Numbered from the stretch's first letter, positions 39,880 to 53,165 are shown. The stretch is DNA of 64,000 nucleotides from Callorhinchus milii (GCF_018977255.1 NW_024704742.1:74092001-74156000), one strand, 5' to 3'. Program-made: numbers and translations. Notes: generated by a model not told the origin, from the letters alone.

Positions 39880-41215
39880 CTCATAGAATCATAAAATTAT
39901 ACAGCACAGAATGAGGCCATTCAGCCCATCATGTCTGTGCTGGCTCTTTTAAAAGAGTTATCTAAATCAATCCCACTCCCTGCTTTCTCCCCATAGCCCT
40001 GCAAACTTGCCCTCCCCAAATAATTACTACAACAACTTGGATTTATATAGCGCCCTCCATGCAGGATGGCATCTCAGAGCACTTCACAGTAATGAATCCC
40101 GGGGCCGAGCCAGGGGAAGGGGGAGGAAGGTGACCAAAGGCACGGAGTTTTGAATAATCTGGATTTTATGGATGGTAGTGGAGGGGAGACCGGCGAGGAG
40201 GAAATTTGAATAGTCCAGCCGAGAGGTGACAAAAGCATGGACCAGAGTTTCAGCTGCTTTTGGAGAGAGGTATTGGTGGAGACGGGCAATGCGTCAGAGG
40301 TGGAAGAAAGCGGTGCTGGTGAGGGACTGGATGTGGGGGAGGAAGAATAATTAGGGATCGAACCTGGTGCCTAGGTTGCGTATGGGTTCGGAAGTTTTAG
40401 GGGGAGGTCGGGTTGATGGAGGAGGTGAGAACCATGAGATTTTAGACATTGACAAGAGCCAAAAAGTATGGCTTCTGTCTTGTCAACATTCAGCTGAAGG
40501 AAATTTGCGCTCATCCAGCTCCTGAGGTCTGACAGAACATCAGGGGACTGGGGGTTGTAAAGTGAGGTGGAAAAATAGAGTTGGGTGTTGTCCGCATACA
40601 TGTGGAAGTGTATCCCGTGTCTGCGGATGACATCCCCAAGAGGGAGCATAAAGATCAGAAAGAGGAGGGGGCCAATGATGGATCCTTGGGGTACCCCACA
40701 GGTGACAGGGTGAGAGCGGGAGGAGAAGCCGTTTGTGCAGATGTACTGCTGGCGGTTTGTGAGGTAGGACTCGAACCAGGCGAGTGTGGTCCCATTGAGG
40801 TGGATGATGGAAGAAAGGCGGTGGAGGAGGATGGCGTGATCGACTGTGTCGAATGCGGCGGAGAGGTCCAGGAGGACAAGGAGGCAGAGGGAGCCCTGGT
40901 CACAGATAGAGAGGATGTCGTTTGAGATTACCTACTTCTCTCTTAAAAGTTGTTATCGAATCGGCTTCCACATCCCTTTCAGGCAATGCAATCCAGGTCA
41001 GAACAGCTCACTGTGTGAAAAAATTCTCCTCACCTCCCCTCTGCTTCTTTTAACAATTATTTTAAATTGGTGTCCTCGGGTTACGGACCCACCCGCCAGT
41101 GGAAATAGTTTCTCCTTGTTCATCCTATCAAATCCCCTCATAATTTTGAAAACTTCTATTAAGTCTACTCTTAACTCTCTCTGCTCCAAGGAGAATAATC
41201 CTAGCTTCTCTAGCC
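39880..41215 (-). mobile_element. CR1 3' end (39880-40027 and 40927-41215) interrupted by an L2 (40028-40925)
   Basis: DLIEVFKIMRG...TRGH and ATTCTATG tail; L2 HMYADN/GVPQG in between. Confidence 0.85.
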
Positions 41216-43925
41216 TTTGCCTGGTACACCAGCCATCTCCGTTCCCTCAAGGCACAAGTACGAGCTGCCGAACGCGCCTGGATCAAATCCAAACTAACGG
41301 TCCATCGGCAGATTTGGCTACATCATACCAAGATCTACCGCTGCACTCTTGCCTCTGCCAAATCCTCCTTCTACTCCAAGGTTATCTTGGAGGCAAAGGA
41401 CAACGCCAGGTTTCTCTGTTCGACCACAAACCGTCTCCTCCATCCACCCTCCCATGCCTCGCCCATCCTCTCCTCAAACTCCCAACTGTGAGGAGATGCT
41501 GGACTTACTTGAATCCAAAAACAAGGGGATAAGTTCAGTCACCTCAGCCCCGTCCACAGCTACCCCCACATCAACTCTCCCTCATGACCCACCCATCCCC
41601 CCCTAAACTCCTTCGACCCTATCTCTCAATCCTCCCTCACCACGACTGTCCGCAAACTCAAACCCACCACCACCACCAACACCTTGTGACATCCTCCCAA
41701 CGTGAAAGGCACTATACAAATGTAATCTTGTTGTTGCTTCCTCAATCCCATCCCCACCTCTCTCCTCATCTCCCAGCTCCACCTTCTGGCCCCCCTCCTG
41801 TCCGACGTCATCAACCTCTCCTTGTCCACTGGTTTCCACTCCCCCTAAAAACAGCCGTCATCACCCCCATCTTGAAAAAACCTTCCCTGGACCAATCCCT
41901 GCTCTCCAGCCCCATCTTTAAGCTCCCATTCCTCTCCAAGGTCCTGGAATGAGTCATCGCGTCCGAGGTCCGTTGCTTTCTTTCTTTCTCACTTGAACCC
42001 CTCCAATCCAGCTTCCACGCTGCCCACAGCACGGAAACAGCCCTGGTCAAAGTCACTAATGACATTCAGAACATCTGTGATCAGGGCTCCCTCTGCCTCC
42101 TTGTCCTCCTCGACCTCTCTGCTGCCTTCGACACTGTCGACCACTCCATCCTCATACACCGCCTCTCCTCTTTACTTAATCTTCACAGACCTGCCCTTGC
42201 CTGGTTCAATTCCTATCTCTCTCACCATTTCCACTTTGTTGCCTCTAACGGCTGCTCCTCCAGCCCCCGCACTGTCACGTCTGGTGTCCCCCAGGGCTCT
42301 GTCCTTGGCCCTCTCCTCTTTAATATCTACATGCTCCCCCCTTGGTGACATCATTCTCAGACATGGGGTCAACTTCCATATGTATGCGGATGACACCCAA
42401 CTCTATCTTTCTGCCTCCACCCTCAACTCCAGGAACACTGCTGTCCTGACAGACTGCCTGTCGGACATCAAGTCCTGGATAAAGGCAAATTTCCTACAGT
42501 TGAATGTGAACAAGACTGAGGCCCTCCTGATTGGCTCGAGCCAGCGCCTCAGCACCTCAGGCTCTGGCAACATCAACCTCCGTGGTTGCACACTTGAACT
42601 CAACAACAACAACTTGGATTTATATAGTGCCCTCCAGGCCGGACAACATCTCAGAGCGCTTCACAGTAATGGATCCCGGGACCGAGCCGGGGGGAGCGGG
42701 AGGAAGATGACCAAAGGCGCGGTCGAAAAGAAAGGTCTTCAGCGGATCCTGAAAGTGGGAAGAGAGGGGGCGAGGCAAAGGGAGTGAGGAAGGCAGTTCC
42801 AGAGCCTCGGGGCGTAGTGGCTCAAGGCATGGCCGCTGATGGTGGAGCAGAGGACTCGGGGGACAAGGAGGATGCCAGACCCAGTGGAGCGAAGGCAGTG
42901 GGCACTGTTGTGAGGAGAGAGGAGGTCAGAGAGGTAAAGAGGTGCAGAGGATTGGAGGGATTTGAAGACAAGGGTGAGGATCTTGAAGTTGATTCTTTTT
43001 GGGGCAGGCAGCCAGTGCAGTCTGGCAAGGACAGGTAATCGGGGAGCGGAGTTTGGTGTGGGTAAGAATGCGGGCGGCAGAGTTTTGTATGACCTGGATT
43101 TTATGAATGGTAGTGGAGGGGAGACCGGCGAGGAGGGCATTTTAATAGTCCAGCCGAGAGGTGACAAAGGCATGGACCAGGGTTTCAGTGGCTTTTGGAG
43201 TGAGGTATTGGCGATGTGTCATAGGTGGAAGAAGGCGGTGCTGGTGAGGGACTAGATGTGGGGGAGGAAGGACAATTGGGGGTCAAGCCTAACGTCTGAG
43301 TTGCATACAGGTTCAGAGAGTTTTAGGGGGAGGTCAGGTAGGTGGAGGAAGTGAGAACCGTGTGATTTAACTTGACTCACCAAGCCAGTCAGGAACCTTG
43401 GTGTCTTGTTCGACCCTCAACTGTCCTTTCTTCCCCACATCCAAGCCATGACCCACTCTGCCTTCTCTCACCCCCGTAACATCGCCCGACTCCGCCACTA
43501 CCTCACCCTTCAGGCCGCTGAAACTCTTGTTCATGCCTTCATCACATCCAGGCTCGACTATGCAAACCCCTGCTTGTCAGCCTTCACAACTCCTCCCTCC
43601 ACAGACTGCAGATAATCCAGAACTCTGCAGCCCGTGTCCTCTCCCGCACCAAACTCTGTGACCCCATCTCTCCCACTCTCACCCGACTCCATTGGCTCCC
43701 TATCCTACAGAGGATCCAGTTCAAGATCCTGGTCCTCACATACAAAGCCCTCCATGGCCTCGCCTCACCCTACCTCTGTGACCTCCTAACCCCCTACCAA
43801 CCCGCCTGTTTCCTCCGCTCAGCCGGCTCTGTCCTGCTCCACATCCCCCGACCCACCCGCCCCACCATGGGTGGGAGAGCCTTCAGCCACTCTGCCCCCA
43901 ACCTCTGGAACCCCATCCCACAGTC
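41215..43925 (+). mobile_element. Fragmented plus-strand L2 interrupted by an antisense L2
   Basis: RT motifs 41990-42600 resume at about 43370 (NLGVLFDPQL). Confidence 0.88.
42601..43368 (-). mobile_element. L2 3' fragment nested antisense in another L2
   Basis: [16 protein letters not shown]; (GTT)n tail; flanked by CTTGAACTCA / CTTGACTCA. Confidence 0.88.
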
Positions 43926-44154
43926 ACTGGACAGGGTGATTTATCCACCTTGAGCACCGACAACCTTGTTAGTACTTCCTCTCGGTTTAGTCTGATCTTA
44001 TCCACATTCTCTCCCCTCTCCTCTGATGCTGTGGTATTATCTGCCTCCTCCCCCTGTTCCTTTGTGAATCAGATGCCCTCATGGTCTTATGTAGTGTGTG
44101 TTGTGTGTCTTGTCATTCACTGTGCAAATGAACACACCCCAAGGGACCCCTGAG

Positions 44155-44314
44155 TGATTGTGACGTCACTCGTAACGACATCCATCACGTAGTGCGTGGG
44201 CGGGGCCGCTGACTCTGCCGCTGCGGCGCGCGCAGCCCCGGCCGGAAGCGGCCGTTAGGTGGTGCGTGCGCATGCGCGAGCTATCCCGACTGTCCGGAAG
44301 TGGACGTGGCAGAC
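44155..44314 (+). promoter_or_regulatory. SARAF CpG-rich housekeeping-type promoter
   Basis: CRE TGACGTCA 44161-44168; GC box GGGCGGGG 44198-44205; ETS CCGGAAG 44242 and CCGGAAGTG 44294; NRF1 TGCGCATGCGC 44267-44277. Confidence 0.75.
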
Positions 44315-44375
44315 ATGTCTCCCGCGGGCGGCCTGCTGTTGCTCCTGGCGTTGGCTGAGGCCTGGGACGGTTCAG
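44315..44375 (+). CDS. SARAF: SARAF (TMEM66, store-operated Ca2+ entry regulator) exon 1, signal peptide
   Basis: gacATG; MSPAGGLLLLLALAEAWDGS then G|GTGCG, phase 1, joins exon 2 to give D-RILLR. Confidence 0.85.
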
Positions 44376-45019
44376 GTGCGTGATGCCCCTCAGCTCGGAT
44401 CACAGCTGACCCGTTACTGTCATCTTACTGCACATCACACAGGCGGGGCAGCAGCACCTGCCCTCAGCTCCTCACCAGGGCAATTAACACGGGTTTGTAG
44501 CCCAAACCCACCAAACAATAGCCCCAAAGTAGCCCCAATGTATTGTGCCGCCCCCTATGGGGAGGCAGAGTGGCTGATTTAGGTCAGAGCTTTTGAAACT
44601 AAGAAAATGTCTTCAAAAGCAGAAAAAAACACTTGCAGATTTACATAAGGAAATTAAAAATTAGGCATCCACTCCAAGCTGTTTTTTCATGCCCAGTGAC
44701 AACAAAACCCTTGAACCTACCCAATCTGACCACATTGCTCCTATTCCCTACTCTGTCCTCTGTTATATTCTCCCTCGTTTATGTTTCGTTTCCTCCCTCT
44801 TAAATACGTAGGTTTTTTTTTTGCATTTACCACAGCTTCCGTAGTGAGCTTCAGGTCGTCATCAACCTCAATATCCTACACTTACCCTGCGTTTAAAAAT
44901 AGCCTGCATTTTTGGTTTCACATCCATTTTTTATAATTTACAGATTTTATTGTCTCTCTTGACCAGAAAAATTGTAAAACATAAAGTCTCCATTGCTTGT
45001 AACACAATGATTGTGTGCC

Positions 45020-45410
45020 AGCCTGGCTCAGTTGATAGCACTCTCACTTCTCAGTCAAATGGTTGTGGGTTCAAGGCCCAGGTTGTGGCTTTCAATTCGC
45101 AAATTGACACTCTGGTGCAGTGCTGGTGGTGCACTGCATTGTTGGAGTTGCCATCCAAATGAGATGTTAAACTGAGGTCCCGCCTGCCTGTTCAGGTTAG
45201 ATGTTAAAGATCCTGTGGCACTGTTTTAAAAGAAGGGAGGTTTTCCTGGCTGGCTCAGTTAGTAGCACTCTTGTCTATGAGCCAGAAGGTTGTGGATTCA
45301 AGCTCCATGTTGGAGCTTTCAACTCGCATAGTCTTGGCTGATCACTCCAATGCTAGGAAGCACTGTGTTGTTGGAGATGCCACCTTTCAGATAAGATGTT
45401 AAACCAACGT
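45020..45410 (+). mobile_element. Two tandem older Deu-domain-type SINE fragments
   Basis: TGGCTCAGTT.GTAGCACTCT head and GATGTTAAACTGAGG...GTTAAAGATCC..TGGCACT core; related copies at about 3250-3610(-), 6900-7200(+), 11410-11712(-), 36230-36520(-), 53995-54300(-). Confidence 0.7.
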
Positions 45411-45776
45411 AGACAATCCTTCAGATAAGGAAAAAGTAAATATGATGTGGAAGGTTATCCAAAACAAGAAGTATGTTGGAGTACTGCTAGAGTGGTCTAG
45501 AAAGCTTCTGGCAGCTTGTCCAGCTAGGATCACCCTACCCATTAGGGTTTTTAGCTGAATAGGGACCTGAGTTTGTGTGGAAGCCAAACTGATTTGTATT
45601 TTTGCAGTTGCATTTTGTACACCCTCCCTCGTAGCTGAAGTAGCTTACAACAACTTGCATTTATACAGCGCCCATCATTGAGGGTAGTGTCCCAGAGCAC
45701 TTAACATGTACTTGACATGTCATGATCTAATACAGAATAAAAGCAAGTATTACATTTTTCTTTTTTTCATTTCCAG

Positions 45777-45955
45777 ACAGGATTCTTCTTCGAGAGATCC
45801 AGGCTCTGACACTATACAATGGGCGTTACACCAATGGCCGTCGTACCAAATCTGTACCCCAGCTGAAATGTGTTGGTGGCACTGCTGGATGTGGCACCTT
45901 TATTCCGGAAGTGGTACAGTGCTACAACAAAGGTTGGGATGGTTATGATGTGCAG
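45777..45955 (+). CDS. SARAF: SARAF exon 2 (179 bp)
   Basis: ttccag|(D)RILLREIQALTLYNGRYTNGRRTKSVPQLKCVGGTAGCGTFIPEVVQCYNKGWDGYDVQ|GTAAT. Confidence 0.96.
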
Positions 45956-46671
45956 GTAATGTGATGCTTTGGTGTGAAATTGGATTTTGAGTATTTTGAT
46001 TGTCTGGGCAGTAACAAATTAATAAACCAGGATTGTATTTTACCCATTAGCTACTCACAAGATCTGCAGTGAATAATCTGCCTTCATGTTAATAAATGTT
46101 ATTGCCTGAGGATATTTTTTTAAATAATTAATTGGATACTGCTACTGGATATTTCATAGACTTGGGCACATACAGGACCAATAGAAGCCTTTGTGGTGGT
46201 TATAGCCAGTTGTAAAGTTGAAAATTGCCAAATTCTTTAATTTCCTAATTTCCTAACAATTCCTTTTATCAATGGTCTTTCCAGCTATTTAAGTATTGGC
46301 CTGACTCAGTTGGTAGCACTCTTGTCTGTGAGTCAGAATGTTGTGGGTTCAAGCTCCACGTTGGGGTTTCAACTCACACCTAGGCTGATCATTGCAATGC
46401 TGTCAATCCACTTTACAGTATATCCAATGAAGTCCTTTGAGACGTCTCAACGAAATGATCAGGCGCTACAAGATATCAAATGCGAGGAATATTATTATTG
46501 AATCTGGGTATTTTTTGGTCTATGAGCTACACAGCTACACTGTTTGATGCATTTACACCATCTTTGCTCAACTTTAAGAGGGAAGAGGCTTTAATAACAT
46601 TGTCCTTGTGATAATGGTTACTCATTGATTTGTCTGGCAATGGTATGACCTTTGTACGATATATAGAATAT

Positions 46672-47005
46672 GATAATAATAGAAATCCTTGATATAGCGC
46701 CTTATCACGTATTTGAGACCTCTGAACGCACTTCACAGAATGCTGTAAAGTTAATTGACTGTATATTTTGTGGGCGAAACGTGGCAACCAATTACGCACA
46801 GCAATGGCTGACAAACATGGATTGAGACTAAATTTTTTTTTGAAAGGGATTATTAACCCCGGAAAAGCAATCCGCCAATTGACTAATACCCAGCTTCCTA
46901 CTTATTGCTGGATGAACAAGGTGTGTGGAATAAGGAAACTTGCCTAATGTTCACCCTGCCTAGAAATCGAACCCAAATTCTCTTGCTTGCGAGATGAGCG
47001 CTCTA
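46672..47005 (-). mobile_element. tRNA-headed SINE, long subfamily
   Basis: Family body and B box on the minus strand. Confidence 0.8.
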
Positions 47006-47498
47006 TGATGTCCGCTTATCCCGTGTATACCATTATAACTATTTTTCAACTTTAGTTCCATTGCTTGTTTTTGGTATTTAAATATATATCTAGTAAGTGC
47101 CATCAAGCACGTTCATAGGCGTGATTCAAGCTATAAAATGTGAACTGGAGTATTATTTAATTTTAACAAATAAAGATACTATTTGATGCAAAAAAATTTT
47201 TTTAGCATGCTTTATGGATATGATTTTTTTTTAGCATGCTTTATGTATATGATCCCGAGGCTCTGGAATTCCCTTCCTCACTCCTTTCGCTTCGCTACCT
47301 TTCTTCCTATTTTCATGTCCCTGCTGAAGAACTTTCTTTTCAACCACGTCTTTGGTCAATTTCCCACTCTCCCCCTGGCTCGGCCCCGGGATCCGTTACT
47401 GTGAAGCGCTCTGAGACGCCGTCTGGTGTGTAGGGCGCTGTATAAATCCTTGTTGTTCATTTATGTACTATAAAATGTATGTTTTTTATCTTATACAG

Positions 47499-47925
47499 TG
47501 GGAATGTAAAACTGATATGGACCACGCTTATCGATTTGGAACAATCATGGTTACGTGTGAAGGCTACAACTATCCAGAAGATCCGTATGTTTTGCAGGGA
47601 TCCTGTGGTCTGGAATATATGATAGAGCTTACTGAGGAAGGCTATCGGAAAAGGAAAAGTAACACTGGATTCTATTCTGGATCACCCAACTATCAAACTT
47701 CCTATTCCTCTGATTCAAGTAATGTGGTGGTGGTACTGATACTGCTGGGTGTTGCTTATTTACTTTACAAAGTCTTTTTGAGTCACCAGCAGCTGAGGAA
47801 CCAGGCAGCCTCAGATGGAAGTGGCTTTTCTGGTCCTTATGGACCAGGTCCCCATGGTCCAGGTCCCCATGGTCCATATCCCACTGCTCCTCCTCCCCCA
47901 CCTGGCTTTAAACCGGACTTCACAG
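47499..47925 (+). CDS. SARAF: SARAF exon 3 (luminal domain end, TM, Pro/Gly-rich cytosolic region)
   Basis: tacag|WECKTDMDHAYRFG...CEGY...GSCGLEY...VVVVLILLGVAYLLYKVFL...PPPPPGFKPDFT G|GTAAA. Confidence 0.96.
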
Positions 47926-49200
47926 GTAAATTCATCTTTTTCCCCTCGTTATTTCAGTTATATTGCATAGAATTTCATGGAACTTATAATGCCAAAAAGA
48001 CCATTCAACTCTGCCAATGTTTACAATCCACTTGAACCTCCATCCATCCTAATTCCACTTCCCTAGGTTTTCTCTATTCCCTTCTGTCTCACGTATGTAT
48101 CAAATTTCCTCTTACATGAAGTAATGGTTTCTGTTTTAACCAAAGTTTGCCAGAGAGTTCCACATTCTCTGCCTGATAAGAACTTCCTCCTAAATTCATT
48201 TTTAGATATGTTAGTGATTATCTGATCACACGGTTAAGAATTGTCAAAATGATTCACAGGATTTTACTATGAAATGCAGTGAATGTGTATTTGTAGGTGA
48301 ACTTATATTTACCTTCTCAAACCCTTTCATAATCTTAAACTGGTGCCCCATACGAAAGAAAATGATATGATTGACTTTCTGGTCATCAAGTTGCCACTGA
48401 TATCACTTCCTGTACATACAGAGTGCATACTAACTAAAGGTTGGACCCTGTTATAGTGCTGGTCTGTCATCAGCAGGGCTCTGGAACACTGCAGACCTGT
48501 CTGGCTCAGGAACCACAACAACAACTTATATAATGCCCTTCATGTGGGCAGCAACTCAGAAAGGGACCGAACTACTGAGACTGCCACAGAGGATTGACAT
48601 TGCCAAATGTTGCTACCTATAGTCCAAGGCTCTTCCTTTATATCCACAAACATGGCTAGTCAGCAGGTACCTTGTGTACCAGAGTTATTTACAGACCCGC
48701 ATTATATGGAAGCTATAACAGGTAAAAGGTATAACTGCTTTAAATATGATATAATACCAGTGCCTATAAATTTCATAAATTATCATGATTTGCTCTTCCA
48801 TTGTAATTTCTAAGCTTAAAATGTTAATCCTTTAGGTTTTTGAGTTTTTTTGCTTATTGTCCTGCTTCTCGATTAAGAGTGATTAGTAATCCACAAAGGG
48901 ATAATGTTTTTGTTCTGCCACATGAATGAATTGGTGGGTCAAATTGTTCGGTTTCATAAATAATTACATAACAGCTCTCCAGGTAGTATTGCATGAAATT
49001 TCTGGTCTGGTGCCCATTTCTCATTCAACACTGAGTATCTGTAAATGGGAAAGTTTTTTTTAACACATCTTGAATTATTATAACAAAGTTAGATGTCTAT
49101 CTTGGCTCACCTATTGATCAGTAATAAACACTATTTGTTCACTATCTTGCATAGGTTATCGCTATATATCTAACTAATACATACATGTGCTTTGTTTCAG

Positions 49201-49342
49201 GTGACGAACAAGAAGGTTTTAGAGGTGGTCCCCATCAAGGGAATAACTATGGACCTCGGAATGCTGGCAATAGTTCAGGCCCGGGGTTTTGGTCTGGAAT
49301 GGGTGCAGGAGGTCTGCTTGGATATCTGATGGGAAGCAGGAG
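49201..49342 (+). CDS. SARAF: SARAF exon 4 (142 bp)
   Basis: tttcag|...SGPGFWSGMGAGGLLGYLMGSR AG|GTATG; conserved GPGFW..G..GG.LGYL motif. Confidence 0.94.
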
Positions 49343-50372
49343 GTATGCCATTTATAATCTTATAGCTTCTGCCATTATCTTTGTTTGACTGTTTTTAAAT
49401 TCATCTTAAATTCATCTCCTTAAAAATGTTATTATGCAAGTGAGCTTCAACAATCTTGCCTGATTCACAACTAACTTCTACCTGCCCTTTAGAATCTTAT
49501 CAAAAATATTTCCAGGATTGCTGTTTATATCAAGTACAATAAAACTTGTACAAGTCTTATCTTCATAAATCAGATAATCGCCTAAGTTGCCTAATATCTG
49601 CACCCGAGTCCCATCAAAACCACATAGCTTTATTTTCTCTGGTCATATTTATCATCTACTAATTCTTAATGTTGCTCCCATTACTCCCGCGCTCACGAGC
49701 TGCATTGAATCGCGGGAAATGACTTCCTGACCTGCCAGTGCATATGTGCACTTAACGGCTGCAGTGACAAAGTACCTCATATGAACTTAATGACTACATT
49801 GAATTACGCATGTGTAGTGCAGAGTATTGATTAAATCAGATTTTATACGGTTTAAACAGTTTGCTTGCAACTTGGAATTCTCGTAAGTCATATTAAATGT
49901 TATGGTCCCAACTGATACGACTTATGTAAGTTTTACTGTATATCACTGAAAGGCACAGATGCTGGACAGTGTACAGCATTGCTCAAAACTGAAGTGGGCA
50001 GTGTCTGATATGGCTGGGATTCCTAACTTTTACATGAGCCAACTTGATAAGACCTTGGCACCGTGTACAACCCAGTCATCTGCTGAGAGCTTGTTCCTCC
50101 CATAACAATCTTTATACTGCGTATTGTCTACCCCGCAGGATCAAGAGTTTCAGGTCTATACTTTTCTGAAAATTTACAAGTTGGTGCATTCACATCTACT
50201 TGGATGCACACTGCACCTCACTGAACCAATGTGGAATTTTGGTGATTTATTCAATTCTCATTTTTTTTACTTTAAACCCCACATCCACACTTTGTTCTGT
50301 GAAGCTTTTACCCAGCTCGGCAATATTGCCCCTTGGGCCGCTGAGATCCTTATCCATGCTTCTGTTATTTAA

Positions 50373-50738
50373 GTAATAATAATAGTCCTTGCACTTGATA
50401 TAGTGCTTTTTACATCTTCTAAAGCGTTTCACAGAATATCCTGTAAAATGAATTAACTGTATGTTTGTGGGCAAAACACGACAGCCAATTGCGCACAGCA
50501 GTGTCCCACAAACAGTCGTTGATTGGAATGACCAAATTATTATTGTTTTTTTCTGAGGAATTATTATCCGTGGAAAAGTGATTCACCAATCGACTAACAA
50601 CCGGGTTCCTACTTACTGCTGGGTAAACAAAGGTGTGTGGAGTAAGGAAACTTGCCCAACATTTCGCTCTGCTGAGAATAGAACCCAAGTCTCTTGCTTG
50701 CGAGGCGAGTGCTCTAACCACTGGGCTATAGGACTCCA
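50373..50738 (-). mobile_element. tRNA-headed SINE, long subfamily, complete
   Basis: GGAGTCCTATAGCCCAGTGGTTAGAGC head to (TTA)n tail. Confidence 0.88.
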
Positions 50739-51207
50739 GCCTTAAGCAACTCTGCTCACTGGTTTACTCAACTTTTTCTCCACAAGCTGCAGATCATTCA
50801 GAACTGCAGCTCATGTCCTCTCTTGCTCCAGACTCCCAAGAGCGTATCACCCCCACCCGGCTTCACTGGATCCTTATCCCCCAGAGGATCAAGTTCAACA
50901 TCCTTGACTTTTAAAGCCGTCCATGGTTGCCCACCCTACCTCTGTGACCCAACTTTGTTCCTTCCTCTCGGCTCCCACATTCCCTGTCCCTCCATCGGGA
51001 GTTGGGCCGTCTGCCCATGTCCCTTCACCTCGCTTCTTCCCTCCCTCCTTCAAGACCTGTTTCAAAACCTTCCTCTTCAGCCTCCAGTCATCTTCGCACT
51101 CGCACCTACCCCCCCTCCAACCCGGGGTCGAGATGCAAACCATCAACTGTCTCGCACCTTTGGACATTCCATTGACACAAAATGCAATTATTGTTTTTTC
51201 TCTGCAG

Positions 51208-51323
51208 GTCACAGCCAAGCCCTTCTTACCCATACAGCTGGGGACATCAATCACACCCCCCACCACACAGGAATATGAGTGGCATAAATTCTCCTGGTAC
51301 TTCAGGAACCAGGACAGCTTCAG
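51208..51323 (+). CDS. SARAF: SARAF exon 5 (116 bp)
   Basis: ctgcag|(R)SQPSPSYPYSW...GTRTAS G|GTAAA; conserved TRTAS; phases 2 and 1 fit neighbours. Confidence 0.9.
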
Positions 51324-52441
51324 GTAAATTTCCCCACAGATGTAAAACATTTATGTATCACTTTATGTTTGTTGTTCTGAGGAAGCTAGTGATATTGTCA
51401 TGTATGCAGTCAAAATAAATGATCCCAAGAACTTCTGGGATTTGAAAATGCGGATATTGAATATAAATTTAGGAAAGTCCTATTCATATTATATAGGTCT
51501 TTGGTTGGGCTGAATTGGAATATTATGTTCAGCTTTGATATTTGATTGAATAAACAGGGGTATGATAACCAGGGTTACAATAAGCAATATTATGCTATTA
51601 TGCTTAAGTATAGTACATTACTGTGGTGACAATATCAAAGTTTGCAAGCAGCAGACAAGGATTCTCTAGGTTTGAGAACGCAGATGATAGTGGGTGTTTA
51701 ATCTCTTGCAACTGTTCTTGTATTGTTGACGTTTGTTCTTCTTCTGATGGTACTCGAATCTATGAACTTTGGGTGAGAGTTCTTCCCTCTTTTGGATGAG
51801 TGAACAATGCAGGCTCACTCACCCCTCACAAACTCAGGTGTAACTCATCTATATTTTATATCTTTGTTATCTACTACAGACCGATCAGTGCACAGCAGCA
51901 CCCACCTGATTGTTTTAGTCAGGTCAGTCTTGACTGATCAAACAACAGCTACATACTCCAGCAATGAATTCATGACGCAACAGACTACAGCTGCAATAAC
52001 AAATTCCACTTCTTTCGTAGCCGATTTAACTCTTCATAATACAATACTCGCCATATTGACATCTTCTAATACCATTTTATCTAGTGTTATACCAACTACC
52101 CTGTGACACCAGTTATTTTTAGATAGTTCTGCATTTCAGCTCAATTTAACTTCCAACAGCATTTTATAATCAAGATTGTATGTCTGCAAGTTATCTCAAC
52201 ACCTGTTAAGTATAAACACTATGCCAACATTTGTATAAGTCACTTCTGATCCTGGCAATACTTCTGATTTCAACAGTACTTATGATCCCAACATATATAT
52301 AATATATATTTTATATATATATATACATAACATCTGAACCTTATATATATAGATCTATATAAAAACTATTAATTTACTGAATTTAGCTTAAAATGAAGTC
52401 TTCTGAAGGATGTTGAAATTCATTTTTTTCCTTTTTAATAG

Positions 52442-52467
52442 GATTTGGTGGTACACAAAGAAGATGA
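52442..52467 (+). CDS. SARAF: SARAF exon 6 (terminal coding)
   Basis: taatag|GA TTT GGT GGT ACA CAA AGA AGA TGA = GFGGTQRR*; total CDS 951 nt = 316 aa + stop. Confidence 0.93.
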
Positions 52468-53165
52468 AATGGATACTTCAAGACCTAAAAAGAACATACA
52501 TGTCCAATTCTTGATATGCTATTGGGTTATTTTGATTGTGATTATGTCCAACCCAAGTATACACTCTGTATGATGTTGTGGACTGGTTTCTGAAACATTG
52601 AATCATTTCATTGTGGTGTTTTGTTTGTAAGCTGATATCTACTGTAGTCAAAACCTCTTAACTGATTCCTTATCAATGAAGCTAAGCTACAACTGATGGG
52701 GAAATATAATAGATGGGTGTGAAAGCATAATGAGCCAAGGCAGCTATTGCCCTAATTAGTTAGGAGCAGTTCTGTTACAATTTATTGTATACAATTTTAT
52801 TGGACAAAGAAATTATAAAGTACTCTTATTTTAAGTATAAATTTCTTCCCTTAATATTTTGTCGTTTTAAAAAAATCTTTATTCTTTTGCCATTTATAGT
52901 GTAGGTTTTCACAAGTTGTTAAACTGCATTTTAAGTCCAATGTCAGTTGGAGCAAGTGAACCAATAGGATTGGAGGGTTTGCTGGGTCTTTCTATTACTA
53001 TATTTTGCCTTTTGCTGCTGTTTTTCTATATTGATTGGGAGGCATCTGAGCCTACACAATTCATTATTGTCTGAGGACTAATGCTTCAAAACTGCCCAAT
53101 GAGCATTGAATATCATTCTGCATTTAATGAAGTTGCTTGCTAATATTCTTGAGCATTGTGTAGTC

